From: an uncultured virus (IMG/VR IMGVR_UViG_3300028888_000132)
Taxonomy: Duplodnaviria; Heunggongvirae; Uroviricota; Caudoviricetes
Reading direction: 5' to 3' (one strand)
Virus record (IMG/VR): IMGVR_UViG_3300028888_000132
DNA: 64,000 nt
The notes under the pieces are model-generated. The model ran no database searches. It had not been told where the DNA came from and saw nothing but the letters and a program-made list of their open reading frames with translations. Within the stretch, counting starts at the first letter, position 1. Each line of letters opens with the position of its first letter. Made by a program: the position numbers and the translations under genes. Positions 9,625-18,621 of this stretch are shown here, piece after piece.

Positions 9625-10399
9625 AATTCAATATTTTAGTATTAACACTGTCTATTTTATCAAATTGCTCACGATAATACTCGACTGCCAATGAAATCCT
9701 TTCGTCGAGAAGTTTAATTTCGTCTTCGTTTCTTGGTATTCTCAGTATCTTCAAACTTTTCGATTTTACGACATACGGATTATAACTGACGAAATCCCAA
9801 TATTTCCTGTCTGTAAATAACATACATGACATACATTGCCAATAATACTGCTCGTCATTTTCCTTCAAGTCTTGCGGAGTAGTGTACATCATGTGCTGCA
9901 AGTGCTTCTCTATCGTAAAAGGACATTTCACTTCGACGCCTCCAATGCCGTCGTCAATAAGCCCATCGGGTGAGCCTCCGACGAACTGAGGATATTTCTC
10001 GTAATTGATAAAACCTACATCAGTAACCTTGCATCCCATTAGCTGCATATATGCCTCTTTTGCCTCTGATTCATAGGCAGTACCAAAGTCCATTGCCTTT
10101 GTTGTGAAGCTATGGTCTCTGATATAGTTATCGACAGCAAAAACAGCCTCTATTTTCTTACTGTTGATAGGCAGATAGTGTTCCATTACCTTTTTGTTTA
10201 GGTAAGTGAACGTTGCATCGCTGAACGGAACTGTCTTGGTAGTAACTCTTGACTTTGGGTTAGCCTCTTTCCAAATTGCCAATTCCTCTTCGGTCATAGG
10301 CTCTTTTCTGTCTTTCATCAGAACGAAAATCTCTGACGCCGTTATTTTTCCGAGTCTTTCACGAAACCATTGTTCTGTTCTTTGTTCCATATTTTCCAT
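9611..10399 (-). CDS. YqaJ/lambda-exonuclease family recombinase exonuclease
   Basis: QRTEQWFRERLGKITAS, GSPDG, EVKCP, YYWQC. Confidence 0.92.
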   Translation of the reverse strand: MENMEQRTEQWFRERLGKITASEIFVLMKDRKEPMTEEELAIWKEANPKSRVTTKTVPFSDATFTYLNKKVMEHYLPINSKKIEAVFAVDNYIRDHSFTTKAMDFGTAYESEAKEAYMQLMGCKVTDVGFINYEKYPQFVGGSPDGLIDDGIGGVEVKCPFTIEKHLQHMMYTTPQDLKENDEQYYWQCMSCMLFTDRKYWDFVSYNPYVVKSKSLKILRIPRNEDEIKLLDERISLAVEYYREQFDKIDSVNTKILNYEQL

Positions 10400-10401
10400 A
10401 T

Positions 10402-11202
10402 CTATTGTTTCTTTTCTTCACCAAACAAATCTTCTTTTGGGTTTACTTCTTCGTCGGTAGGCGTTACTGTCGCAGTTGTGGCGTTGTCAACATATTCTAC
10501 TTCTGCTGCATCTATTTCGTCGAAACTCTCAATCATCGTGAAATCGTTCTTGATAACCCCTTGGTCAAGTCTGATTGCTCGTTGCATTTCGATTGACAAT
10601 ATTCCAAATTTCGACAATAGAAGTTTTGTAACTGTTTTCAGACACATTGCGTTAGGGTCTGTGTTCCAAACTCCCGAAGAGAATGACTTGCTGTATTTTC
10701 TTCCATGTGCAAGTGCTTCATCTTTTGTCATGTAAAAATACTTTTCGAAGCCGCCGATTGTGCGGAAGTAAGCCATATAGCCTATCACCTCATCGCTCTC
10801 ACGCTTGCTTGCATCGAACTCATACTCGTCACGGAATGGGTCATACTTTACAAGTTCTCCCTTATGCACAATGGCGTTTGTGATTCTTTCATACTGACCG
10901 CTTCGGATAGCTAACTGAATCAGTCCCCGTGTCATAATTTGAAACTGAGCGGAACGCCCATAAGGTACAATCGCCGCAAAACCCAAATTAGGATTTATCG
11001 GTAAATCGAGTGAGGCAGCTACCATAGCACTTGAATAGACTGTTGAAGGTTCTGCCTTTTGCAGTAGGCTGTTGTTGTTTACAACAGAAAGCACACTTGT
11101 AATGAATCCTTGCGCCTTTTGTCCGAGCATTGCCTTTAAGTTCTTAACGCAAGTCTCGTTGTTGAAATACCCTTGAAGGGTTGCGATGTTAGAATTTGCC
11201 AT
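10402..11202 (-). CDS. recT: RecT family single-strand annealing protein
   Basis: AASLDLPINPNLGFAAIVPY..QFQIMTRGLIQLAIRSG..MCLKTV. Confidence 0.92.
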   Translation of the reverse strand: MANSNIATLQGYFNNETCVKNLKAMLGQKAQGFITSVLSVVNNNSLLQKAEPSTVYSSAMVAASLDLPINPNLGFAAIVPYGRSAQFQIMTRGLIQLAIRSGQYERITNAIVHKGELVKYDPFRDEYEFDASKRESDEVIGYMAYFRTIGGFEKYFYMTKDEALAHGRKYSKSFSSGVWNTDPNAMCLKTVTKLLLSKFGILSIEMQRAIRLDQGVIKNDFTMIESFDEIDAAEVEYVDNATTATVTPTDEEVNPKEDLFGEEKKQ

Positions 11203-11206
11203 ATCT

Positions 11207-11461
11207 TCAAATATTATTTAATAACTCACTTGGTTCATGTTTCTTCTTGCAGAAACCGTCTTCAATTAGTCCTTCAACTGCCCTTTTCATAATAGGTATT
11301 AGTTTATCTATCGGAAGTTTCATAAGACACTCATGTTCCTCTCTTAGCCTACAAACAGCCAAATATGCTTTTGGACTTTCTAATTTCAAGTCGTACAATG
11401 CCGACATTTGGTCAATCTGCTTATATCGCAAATTTTCATGTGTTATATCTGCCATATTCAT
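11207..11461 (-). CDS. Hypothetical protein
   Basis: 84-aa ORF in operon. Confidence 0.55.
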   Translation of the reverse strand: MNMADITHENLRYKQIDQMSALYDLKLESPKAYLAVCRLREEHECLMKLPIDKLIPIMKRAVEGLIEDGFCKKKHEPSELLNNI

Positions 11462-11814
11462 TCAAATTTATCATCATCAATAATATCGTTCAGTTCACTG
11501 TCGTAGAACTTCTCATATTTCTTCATGTGAGAAGAAAGAAGACCTAAACCGATAATACATAATATGCTAATCAAGTAATCGCCTATTGCGAAAGTCACAA
11601 TAGAAGCGATAAACAACAGTGCGAATAGCACTCCAACAAGTTTAATGTTAAGTATCATATCTTTATGTTTTTGTTTTTCCTTTGTGTTTCTCTGCATTTT
11701 ACAAAGCGGCTTGAAACGCTCTATGGCTGCATTAACACTGCGAATGTAGGAACTTGCTGCATTGTTACCCACCTTACTCACTATTGTAGGTTTGTGGATG
11801 CAGTAGTTTTCCAT
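11458..11814 (-). CDS. Hypothetical membrane protein
   Basis: Two hydrophobic segments; true start may be downstream. Confidence 0.55.
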   Translation of the reverse strand: MENYCIHKPTIVSKVGNNAASSYIRSVNAAIERFKPLCKMQRNTKEKQKHKDMILNIKLVGVLFALLFIASIVTFAIGDYLISILCIIGLGLLSSHMKKYEKFYDSELNDIIDDDKFE

Positions 11815-11982
11815 ACGTAGCCTTTTCTACGCTCATCCATTGTCCTCAAAAAGTCAAAGACCATATAGGATAAACAGTTCGCCACGCTGTCACGTTTACA
11901 TCTTACGGCTCGAAACCCTTCTGTGTGTCCGTATGTCTAACAAAATGGCATACGGACGAAAAAGAACTATAACACAATCAAC

Positions 11983-12210
11983 CTATAATTCTGATGTCAA
12001 ATAAGCTATGATATCCTCTCTGTTTTCAAAGCACTTATCCTCTTCAATAGGAGGGTCGAAAAGACCGCTATCAACGTAATCATAAGTAACCTTTACCCCT
12101 TCATCGTTCACAAATGCGACAATTTTCTTTACTTCCATTTGCTTGATTTTTCCTTCCTTGTTGAGAGCGAAGAACTTGTCTCCCAAATTGTACTTAGTCT
12201 TGATTTCCAT
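11983..12210 (-). CDS. Hypothetical protein
   Basis: MEIKTKYNLGD.. 75 aa. Confidence 0.65.
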   Translation of the reverse strand: MEIKTKYNLGDKFFALNKEGKIKQMEVKKIVAFVNDEGVKVTYDYVDSGLFDPPIEEDKCFENREDIIAYLTSEL

Positions 12211-12222
12211 AATATCTGATTT

Positions 12223-12423
12223 TTAAATAACCTTGTTTTTCTCGATAAGACTATCCAAGTCTTTTTTCTTGATAAACACTGTACCGCTCACTTTGTAATA
12301 GGATAGTTTTGCACTTTCTCTTAGGTCGTCAAGGAAGTCTCTGCTTACACCGAGATAATCCATAGCCGCCCTTGTAGTGAGCCATTGCTTCTCTATTTCA
12401 AGAATTTTAGTGCTCTGTTTCAT
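12223..12423 (-). CDS. xis: Excisionase-like HTH_17 DNA-binding protein
   Basis: WLTTRAAMDYLGVSRDFL..YYKVSG; ATGA-coupled start. Confidence 0.75.
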   Translation of the reverse strand: MKQSTKILEIEKQWLTTRAAMDYLGVSRDFLDDLRESAKLSYYKVSGTVFIKKKDLDSLIEKNKVI

Positions 12424-13217
12424 TGCTCTATCATTGGCAAAATGCCTTGATTCTTCAAACATTCATATAGAAATAGTCGCCCCTTCTGAGTCCATTCTGT
12501 GTTCATAACAACGTCTGCGTTTCCGTTTGAGCGAGTAATGTCGAACGGTTTGGAATGAACATAGCCTTTTCCGATATAGGGGGCGTAGAGAATCCATTGT
12601 CCGTTTACTTTACGCTGCACACGCAGTTCTTCAAGAATCTTGTTGAACTTTATTGCGGACATACCGTAATCTTGCGCTATCTGCGTAGTAGTGACAGTAT
12701 TCTTAGAAGCCAAAATGGTATCGTAGTAGCTTACCTTCGGTGCTAACTCTTCCAATTCGTTTGTAAGCATAAGAACTTGCGCTTCTGCCTCGTCTGCTCG
12801 TTTAGCCTCTATCTGCTTCAACTCGTATTGTTCAGCCCAAGCCCTTGCTGCTTCTGCAGGATTGGTAAAGTCTGGCAGAGAAGCCATTGCAGTTGAATAA
12901 GAGCCTTGTTTGCGAATAGTAGGCAGTACTTCTGACGTCACCCATTTGCGAAAAGCCTTTGCTTCTGCCTTACGGCTGTCAAGTATAACATCGTAAAGAC
13001 CGTCTTCGTTTACAAAGTTGATTTCCTTAATTCCATAGCCCGTGTCAGCAGGGTGTTTTGTAAACACCGTGCTATCCAACCTCCTTGCAACTTGGCTTGG
13101 GTCAAGGTCAAGAACCTTACATACATCTACTAAGCAGAAGATTGGATTTTCTGCCGTGCCTGCCGTCCTGATTTCTCCGAACTGAGGATTATTGAAGATT
13201 TGGATGTCGCTACTCAT
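12420..13217 (-). CDS. Phage antirepressor (BRO-N plus KilAC/ANT domains)
   Basis: FNNPQFGEIRT, FRKWVTSEVLPTIRK, TTTQIAQDYG, WTQKGRLF. Confidence 0.92.
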   Translation of the reverse strand: MSSDIQIFNNPQFGEIRTAGTAENPIFCLVDVCKVLDLDPSQVARRLDSTVFTKHPADTGYGIKEINFVNEDGLYDVILDSRKAEAKAFRKWVTSEVLPTIRKQGSYSTAMASLPDFTNPAEAARAWAEQYELKQIEAKRADEAEAQVLMLTNELEELAPKVSYYDTILASKNTVTTTQIAQDYGMSAIKFNKILEELRVQRKVNGQWILYAPYIGKGYVHSKPFDITRSNGNADVVMNTEWTQKGRLFLYECLKNQGILPMIEQ

Positions 13218-13235
13218 ATTATACCTTATTTATTA

Positions 13236-13463
13236 TTATCTGTTAAGTACTTTCTCATCGCCTTCTTTCATGGCGTGGATAAGGATAATGTTCTTAGAGA
13301 AGAATCGCTGTGTCTCATAGTCAACGACCCCTTCGGGCATACCTACGTTTTTCAATCTTGCTATTAACGAAGTCACAGAGTACATAGAAGGCGTGTCGTC
13401 ACAAAGGAACGGTTCTATTGTACCCGCCTTGATTGCTCTGATGTCGTCAGTCGATACTTTCAT
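13236..13463 (-). CDS. First gene of the leftward lytic operon (cro position), function unknown
   Basis: 75-aa ORF divergent from the repressor. Confidence 0.6.
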   Translation of the reverse strand: MKVSTDDIRAIKAGTIEPFLCDDTPSMYSVTSLIARLKNVGMPEGVVDYETQRFFSKNIILIHAMKEGDEKVLNR

Positions 13464-13501
13464 GTTAATTTAAGTTTTATGTTATAAATCATAATACAAA
13501 G

Positions 13502-13661
13502 TTTGGCGAGCAAGATATAAAACGCTATCTTTGTGGTTGATAAATGTTGCGGATAAGGTTTTTATCTTGTCCCACCAACACTTTGTTTGTTTGTTTACAG
13601 AAGCAAAGATAGAGTATCTTCTGTATATCTGCAAATATTTTACCGATTATTTTCGGTAAAA
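13502..13661. promoter_or_regulatory. Immunity switch with two convergent Bacteroidota promoters and a palindromic operator candidate
   Basis: Plus: TTTG 13502 and TATCTTTG 13526-13533. Minus: TTTG 13635-13632 and TATCTTTG 13611-13604. Palindrome TTTTACCGA-N6-TCGGTAAAA 13638-13661. Confidence 0.7.
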
Positions 13662-13695
13662 ATTATTGTTTATAATGATTCTAAACAATAAAATT

Positions 13696-14334
13696 ATGGA
13701 AGTAACTATAAAAGAGAGACTTGACTACTTTCTTGCAAAAATGAAAATTAGTCAAAGAAAGTTTGAGAACGCTTGTGGGTTATCAAACGGCTACATGAAT
13801 AATCTGAAAAAGTCGCCAAGCGGTGCTGTAATGCAGAAGATACTCAGCGCATATCCATACCTAAATCAAGATTGGCTGCTGAAAGGCGAAGGAAATATGT
13901 TTATTTCGAGGGATGAAATAAAAGAAGATGTGAAGGCGGAAGAAGGAATACCACTTATTCCGACAAATGCCATAGGAGGATATATTAGCGGAGTTAGTGA
14001 CCCAATAAAGGATTATGACTGCGAGAAGTACATTATACCTTTGTTTAGAGGGGCTGACTTTCTGATAAGGGTTGACGGTGATTCTATGCAGCCAAAGTAT
14101 ATGTCGGGTGATATTGTAGCGTGCAAGAGGATTGAAAACCCTACATTCTTTCAATGGGGCAGAATTTATGTCATAGATTCCAAGCAAGGTGCGCTGATAA
14201 AAAGAATAGAGCCTTCCGACGAAGAGGGTTATATATGCCTCTTTTCTGAAAACGAAAAATACAAGCCGTTTAAGTTACACGCAGACGACATAAATGGGAT
14301 TGCGATAGTAAAGGGAGTAATAAGGGTTGAATGA
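13696..14334 (+). CDS. cI: CI-like repressor (HTH plus S24 peptidase)
   Basis: N-terminal HTH, VDGDSMQP and LIKR catalytic Ser/Lys motifs. Confidence 0.9.
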   Translation: MEVTIKERLDYFLAKMKISQRKFENACGLSNGYMNNLKKSPSGAVMQKILSAYPYLNQDWLLKGEGNMFISRDEIKEDVKAEEGIPLIPTNAIGGYISGVSDPIKDYDCEKYIIPLFRGADFLIRVDGDSMQPKYMSGDIVACKRIENPTFFQWGRIYVIDSKQGALIKRIEPSDEEGYICLFSENEKYKPFKLHADDINGIAIVKGVIRVE

Positions 14335-14702
14335 TTATGGAAAACGAACGTTCAATAGATAGGCTTATTGCATTTGTAGAGTGGTGCAAACAGCAGAATT
14401 TAGTCAAGAACGACTATGAGTTTGAGAATGTATGCGGATTGGGTAGAAGTTATCTGTACAACATGAGCAAGAGAACAAAAGGAAGCATGGGTAGCGACGT
14501 AGTAGCTGCCGTCAAGAAGACTTTTCCCATGATTAATTTGGATTGGCTGATTATAGGTGAGGGCGATATGCTGACTGTAAATCCTATCGGCGGATTCAAG
14601 ACGGCATTTTACAAACAGAAGGATATTATAGAAGAAGCATTGAAGGACATAGAAACTGCTGTTAGAAAACTCGAAACCATTAGTTCAGTAAAAAGTCAGT
14701 AA
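14331..14702 (+). CDS. Repressor-like HTH protein with C-terminal coiled coil
   Basis: FENVCGLGRSY..INLDWLIIGEGDM parallels the CI N-domain. Confidence 0.7.
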   Translation: MIMENERSIDRLIAFVEWCKQQNLVKNDYEFENVCGLGRSYLYNMSKRTKGSMGSDVVAAVKKTFPMINLDWLIIGEGDMLTVNPIGGFKTAFYKQKDIIEEALKDIETAVRKLETISSVKSQ

Positions 14703-14761
14703 CATAATTATAAAAAGCATAAATAACTAAAATACAAATAGTTGCATAATTAGCATAAAAT

Positions 14762-14805
14762 CCTTCTAAGCTGTGGGTCATGCGTTCGAATCGCATCGGA
14801 ATCAC
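14762..14805 (+). other. attP core equal to the 3' half of tRNA-Arg(UCU)
   Basis: CCTTCTAAGCTGTGGGTCATGCGTTCGAATCGCATCGGAATCAC: anticodon loop CTTCTAA, T-arm ATGCG-TTCGAAT-CGCAT, acceptor 3' strand; no 5' half upstream. Confidence 0.85.
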
Positions 14806-14814
14806 CGAATTGAG

Positions 14815-14850
14815 AATCAGACACTTAGAAGAAAATGAGTGTCTGATTTT
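14815..14850 (+). terminator. Hairpin after the att core (tRNA terminator after integration)
   Basis: AATCAGACACT...AGTGTCTGATT followed by TT. Confidence 0.65.
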
Positions 14851-14947
14851 CCTTGTTTTAGAGCCGTAAAATGAGGCAAAAACGCAAAAACAGAAGGTTA
14901 TTTTGGGCTATTTTGTATTAAAAAAGTCAGTAAATAGTCAGTAAGAT

Positions 14948-16132
14948 ATGAGAAAGTTAAGACTTCAAATCGACAAGAACCAAAAAAATGCAAACGGCGA
15001 ATATACGATATACATAGTCGTTACAAATGGGTTTTCAAAGCGTTTTCTGCTGAAAACAGGTCTAACGACGCCCATTCCGTTCAAAGGTAGGGAATTTCCA
15101 AAGGCGGTAAAGAACGCATCTGTGAAGACAAGCAAACTTAACAGAATCTTCTCGGAAGTGGAAGAATATATCTATATGCACGAAGACGAGCCTATGGCGA
15201 ATTTAAAAGAGAGCCTTTCTTTCATCATACTTGGCAAAAAGAAGAGACAGAAGGCGTTCGTAGAGTATATGGAAGACTATATGAAGACAATCAAGGCAGA
15301 AGGGACACGTAAACTTTATGCTACTACTTGCAATAAGATAAGTGCTTTTGACGATAAGGCAGACTTTGACACGATAAACGCAGAGTGGCTGAGAAGGTTC
15401 GAGACGTTCTGTTCAAAGACGATGAGTGTAAACGGAATGTCGATTAATTTCAGAAACATAAGAGCCGTGTTCAATTATGCAAGAAGGAACGAATTTACTG
15501 ACAAGTACCCTTTTATCAATTACAAGATTAAACACGAAGAAACGAAAAAGAGAAGCATTAGCGTCGATATTATAAGGGCTATTCGTGACTACAAATGCAG
15601 AAACGCACAGATAGAAGAATATAGGGACATATTCTTACTCATGTTCTACCTAATCGGTATCAACGCCAAAGATTTACTTCTTGCAAAGAAAGACTGCATT
15701 GTAAACGGAAGATTTGAATACAGAAGAGCCAAAACGGGCAAACTTTATTCGATAAAGATAGAGAAAGAGGCAAAGGCGATAATAGAAAAATACTGTGGCA
15801 AAGAACGTCTTTTAAGCGTCGCAGAATCGTACAAAGACTATCTCGATTATGTTCGCCACATGAATGATTCGCTCAAAAATCTCGGACGAGTATATCATCA
15901 ATACGGCGGATATGAGAAAGACAGCAAACCGTTGGTTGAAGGTCTAAGTACATACTATGCGAGACATTCTTGGGCTACGATAGCCGCAGAATTAGACGTA
16001 ACATTTGAAACGATTTCGGCTGCTTTGGGTCACTCGATTGCAAATCCGACAACAGCGATTTACATCAATTACAATATGAAAAAAGTCGATGAGGCAAACA
16101 GAAAAGTAATTGACTTTGTAAATGGTGACTGA
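14948..16132 (+). CDS. int: Tyrosine integrase (Bacteroidota type)
   Basis: N-terminal arm-binding and SAM-like domains, RAKT, YYARHSWATIA, LGHS, TAIY; adjacent to attP. Confidence 0.93.
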   Translation: MRKLRLQIDKNQKNANGEYTIYIVVTNGFSKRFLLKTGLTTPIPFKGREFPKAVKNASVKTSKLNRIFSEVEEYIYMHEDEPMANLKESLSFIILGKKKRQKAFVEYMEDYMKTIKAEGTRKLYATTCNKISAFDDKADFDTINAEWLRRFETFCSKTMSVNGMSINFRNIRAVFNYARRNEFTDKYPFINYKIKHEETKKRSISVDIIRAIRDYKCRNAQIEEYRDIFLLMFYLIGINAKDLLLAKKDCIVNGRFEYRRAKTGKLYSIKIEKEAKAIIEKYCGKERLLSVAESYKDYLDYVRHMNDSLKNLGRVYHQYGGYEKDSKPLVEGLSTYYARHSWATIAAELDVTFETISAALGHSIANPTTAIYINYNMKKVDEANRKVIDFVNGD

Positions 16133-16484
16133 TTTTGCATAGTTTCCCCTTTATATCCATCAAATCCTATTATAATAGGAAGATGCGATATTTCATGGAA
16201 ATTCAGATTTGACTGCCTATCAACTCAAATTTGAGTATCTTCGTTTCCAAAAAGCACCAACAACCACGAGTACCCATCAACCTCGTTGACTTTTATTGTC
16301 TTCTTCGCTATATGGAGGCTTTTCCCATAAGGGGACTTGATGTCGGAAGTCGAGAGGGTGGCTCGTTGCTCCCACTTATCCACACGGCGATATTGGTTGC
16401 GATACCGAACACTTTTATATATGGGCTGATAAGTCCCAAAAGGAGTGTACTGATTCAACCTTTTTCAATATGTCAAATGGGGTA

Positions 16485-16638
16485 AAAAAGAAAACCCCTG
16501 CTTTATTGACACCACGAGCAGAGGCTTTCAGTATAGATTCTGTTAAACAACAGAAGGGAATTACGGTAAAAAAGTCGTGCAACAGTGGTGTCTATATCGC
16601 ATGGGGCAAATGTACGCACTTGTTTTGATGTGTGCAAA
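16485..16638 (-). promoter_or_regulatory. Promoter with structured leader/attenuator
   Basis: TTTG 16638 and TACATTTG 16614-16607; GACACCAC/GTGGTGTC pairing; terminator AAAGCCTCTGCT..AGCAGGGGTTTT followed by T run. Confidence 0.55.
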
Positions 16639-16690
16639 TATTTTCAGATTATTTTTTCAAAATATTGCGTTTTTTTTCATAAACTGCAAA

Positions 16691-16891
16691 TTATAAGCCT
16701 AATCTAATCTTAAATTTTTCCTCATCTGTTTTATTGGCTTCTCGCCAATCAAATGCCAAGATTTGATGATTTAATAAGAGTGGGTCGCCTCCATTCATAT
16801 AATCAACCGCCATTATATTCATTCTCACGAAGCCGTTTTTCGGTTCACCTACCATGAGACCCAAAGTGTTTTCTTTATTCACAATATACAT
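16691..16891 (-). CDS. Small hypothetical protein
   Basis: 66 aa; own promoter TACTTTTG 16951-16944. Confidence 0.6.
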   Translation of the reverse strand: MYIVNKENTLGLMVGEPKNGFVRMNIMAVDYMNGGDPLLLNHQILAFDWREANKTDEEKFKIRLGL

Positions 16892-17077
16892 AGTTTTTGT
16901 GGCGATATTATTACCGTCGCCTACGGCTCAAATGTTTACGAAGCAAAAGTAAAAAGTAAGTATGCAAGTTTTATTCGTAGTTCATTTTTTTCATATTCGA
17001 CAAAATCTATGGTAGTTTTCAGAGCAGTACGATGATAGAGAGCGTTTAATATTGAAAAAATAGTAAAATTAATGCGA

Positions 17078-17299
17078 TTATTCCCAAATAATTCGATTAA
17101 TACTACTTATGTCAATCCATTGTACCCCACACGCCATATCCAATTTAAGCACGTCGCCTTCTTCGATAGACCACTCATTATCTCCGCATATAGAGAAATG
17201 CTGCTTGAAGTTGTTCCCTTCAATATCCAACTCGATAGAATCGGTAATATCTACTTTATCCAAATCTTCGAAAATTCGTTTTACAACACTTGTTTTCAT
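17078..17299 (-). CDS. Small acidic hypothetical protein
   Basis: 73 aa, A-rich leader. Confidence 0.6.
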   Translation of the reverse strand: MKTSVVKRIFEDLDKVDITDSIELDIEGNNFKQHFSICGDNEWSIEEGDVLKLDMACGVQWIDISSINRIIWE

Positions 17300-17543
17300 G
17301 TTTTTTAATAATTATGAATTGTCAAACAATGTAAAATATTTTGTTTATCAACGCTTTTTTCGACAATCCGTTCAAAATTCCTCATTTTTGCCATAGCTTC
17401 TAATGACGATGCCTTTGCGATTTTCCCATTTCAGATATATTCTTCTTGCAGTATGGAAATGCTTATACCCACAAATGTCTGTATAGTCATATTTTGCCAC
17501 CTTCTGTAATTTCTTAATTGTTCTCATTGTTATTGGTTTTTAG

Positions 17544-18410
17544 TTATTTAAATTGTGAAAAATATCCCATTGTCTCTTTCGATAGTTCACGAATTGGCGT
17601 CATAATATATCTTCGTGCGGTCATTTCAACGCTGTTGTGTGCAAGTATGCGTGAAATTGTATAAATGTCGCATCCGTGAAGATATAGAAGCGTGGCGCAC
17701 GTCCTACGCCCTAAATGGCTGCTTGCAAAAGACCACTTAGGCAAAGTAGATGTCTTCCCTCTACGATAAAGCGTTATCTCTTCGTCGATGTCGCAAAGGT
17801 TGCAAATTCTGCGAAGGGTGTCGTTAAATGTAGGGTCGCTCACGCTCTCTTTGTAGGCGAATTTCTCATATCCTACCGTATTGTGGTGAAAATTGCCTTT
17901 TAAAATCCTTTTCGCCACATTCGATATGGGGACTTGTGCTTTTATGTGCGTTTTCTCCGATACATAGCAGATGTACTCATCCCTAATATTGGCTTCCGTC
18001 AATTTCACGATGTCTCCATGTCTTGCACCTACCAAAGCCGATAAGACGAACTGTTGCTGAACAATGGCTTCTATTTTAGTGTCGGGGCGGTATTCGATTA
18101 CCCTTTTCAGCTCTTCGTCTGTTAAGTAAATCTGTTCGCTTGTGTCGCCTCTTATTAATAAAACCTTATCCCAACCTTTCGGCAGACTTAGTTCTTCGCT
18201 ATATAGATTTAGTATTGATTTCAGTTGTGCGCAGTATGTCTTAGCAGACGACCTTGCACCGTTATTGCACAGCCATTCGCCGAACGCAGCCATATTGGGC
18301 TTTGTCATACTTTCCCAAACAAACGGTGAGCCTGTTGCGATAGTCCACTTTTCAATTACCTTCCCATTTTGGGGGTATTTATCCAAAAATGCGTTTTCAA
18401 GAGTTTTCAT
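17544..18410 (-). CDS. Second tyrosine recombinase (no arm-binding domain)
   Basis: GARHGD (R), SEKT (K), SHLGRRT (HxxR), LAH, RRY (Y); 288 aa. Confidence 0.88.
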   Translation of the reverse strand: MKTLENAFLDKYPQNGKVIEKWTIATGSPFVWESMTKPNMAAFGEWLCNNGARSSAKTYCAQLKSILNLYSEELSLPKGWDKVLLIRGDTSEQIYLTDEELKRVIEYRPDTKIEAIVQQQFVLSALVGARHGDIVKLTEANIRDEYICYVSEKTHIKAQVPISNVAKRILKGNFHHNTVGYEKFAYKESVSDPTFNDTLRRICNLCDIDEEITLYRRGKTSTLPKWSFASSHLGRRTCATLLYLHGCDIYTISRILAHNSVEMTARRYIMTPIRELSKETMGYFSQFK

Positions 18411-18597
18411 TGTTTTTCCGATGTTCTTTAATTGTTAGTCTGATAAAATCAAGCATTGAAAGTTCGCCTTTCTCCGTCTGTACATAGTCGTAGAGTTCTT
18501 TCGACAATCTGATTGTAAAAGTCACATACTCTTTCCTTTTTACGCCCGCATCACATCTTTTTTTTCTCGGCGTACCGTCTTTGTTAATTGTCACCAT
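18397..18597 (-). CDS. Small DNA-binding protein (ribbon-helix-helix-like)
   Basis: RKKRCDAGVKR, then FTIRLSKELYDYV..MLDFIR; overlaps the recombinase start. Confidence 0.55.
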   Translation of the reverse strand: MVTINKDGTPRKKRCDAGVKRKEYVTFTIRLSKELYDYVQTEKGELSMLDFIRLTIKEHRKNNENS

Positions 18598-18621
18598 ATC
18601 TTTCTTGCCCTCCTATATTTT

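Larger units (their letters stand above)
14684..14944. repeat. Integrase arm-type direct repeats flanking the att core
   Basis: AGTCAGTAA at 14694, 14925 and 14936; TTCAGTAA at 14684. Confidence 0.65.

Noticed and set aside
14740..14810. Complete tRNA-Arg gene
   Set aside because: Acceptor 5' strand and D-arm are missing; it is an att core
16225..16458. 77-aa minus-strand ORF as a protein gene
   Set aside because: TTG start, no motifs, hairpin-rich; left as possible non-coding sequence
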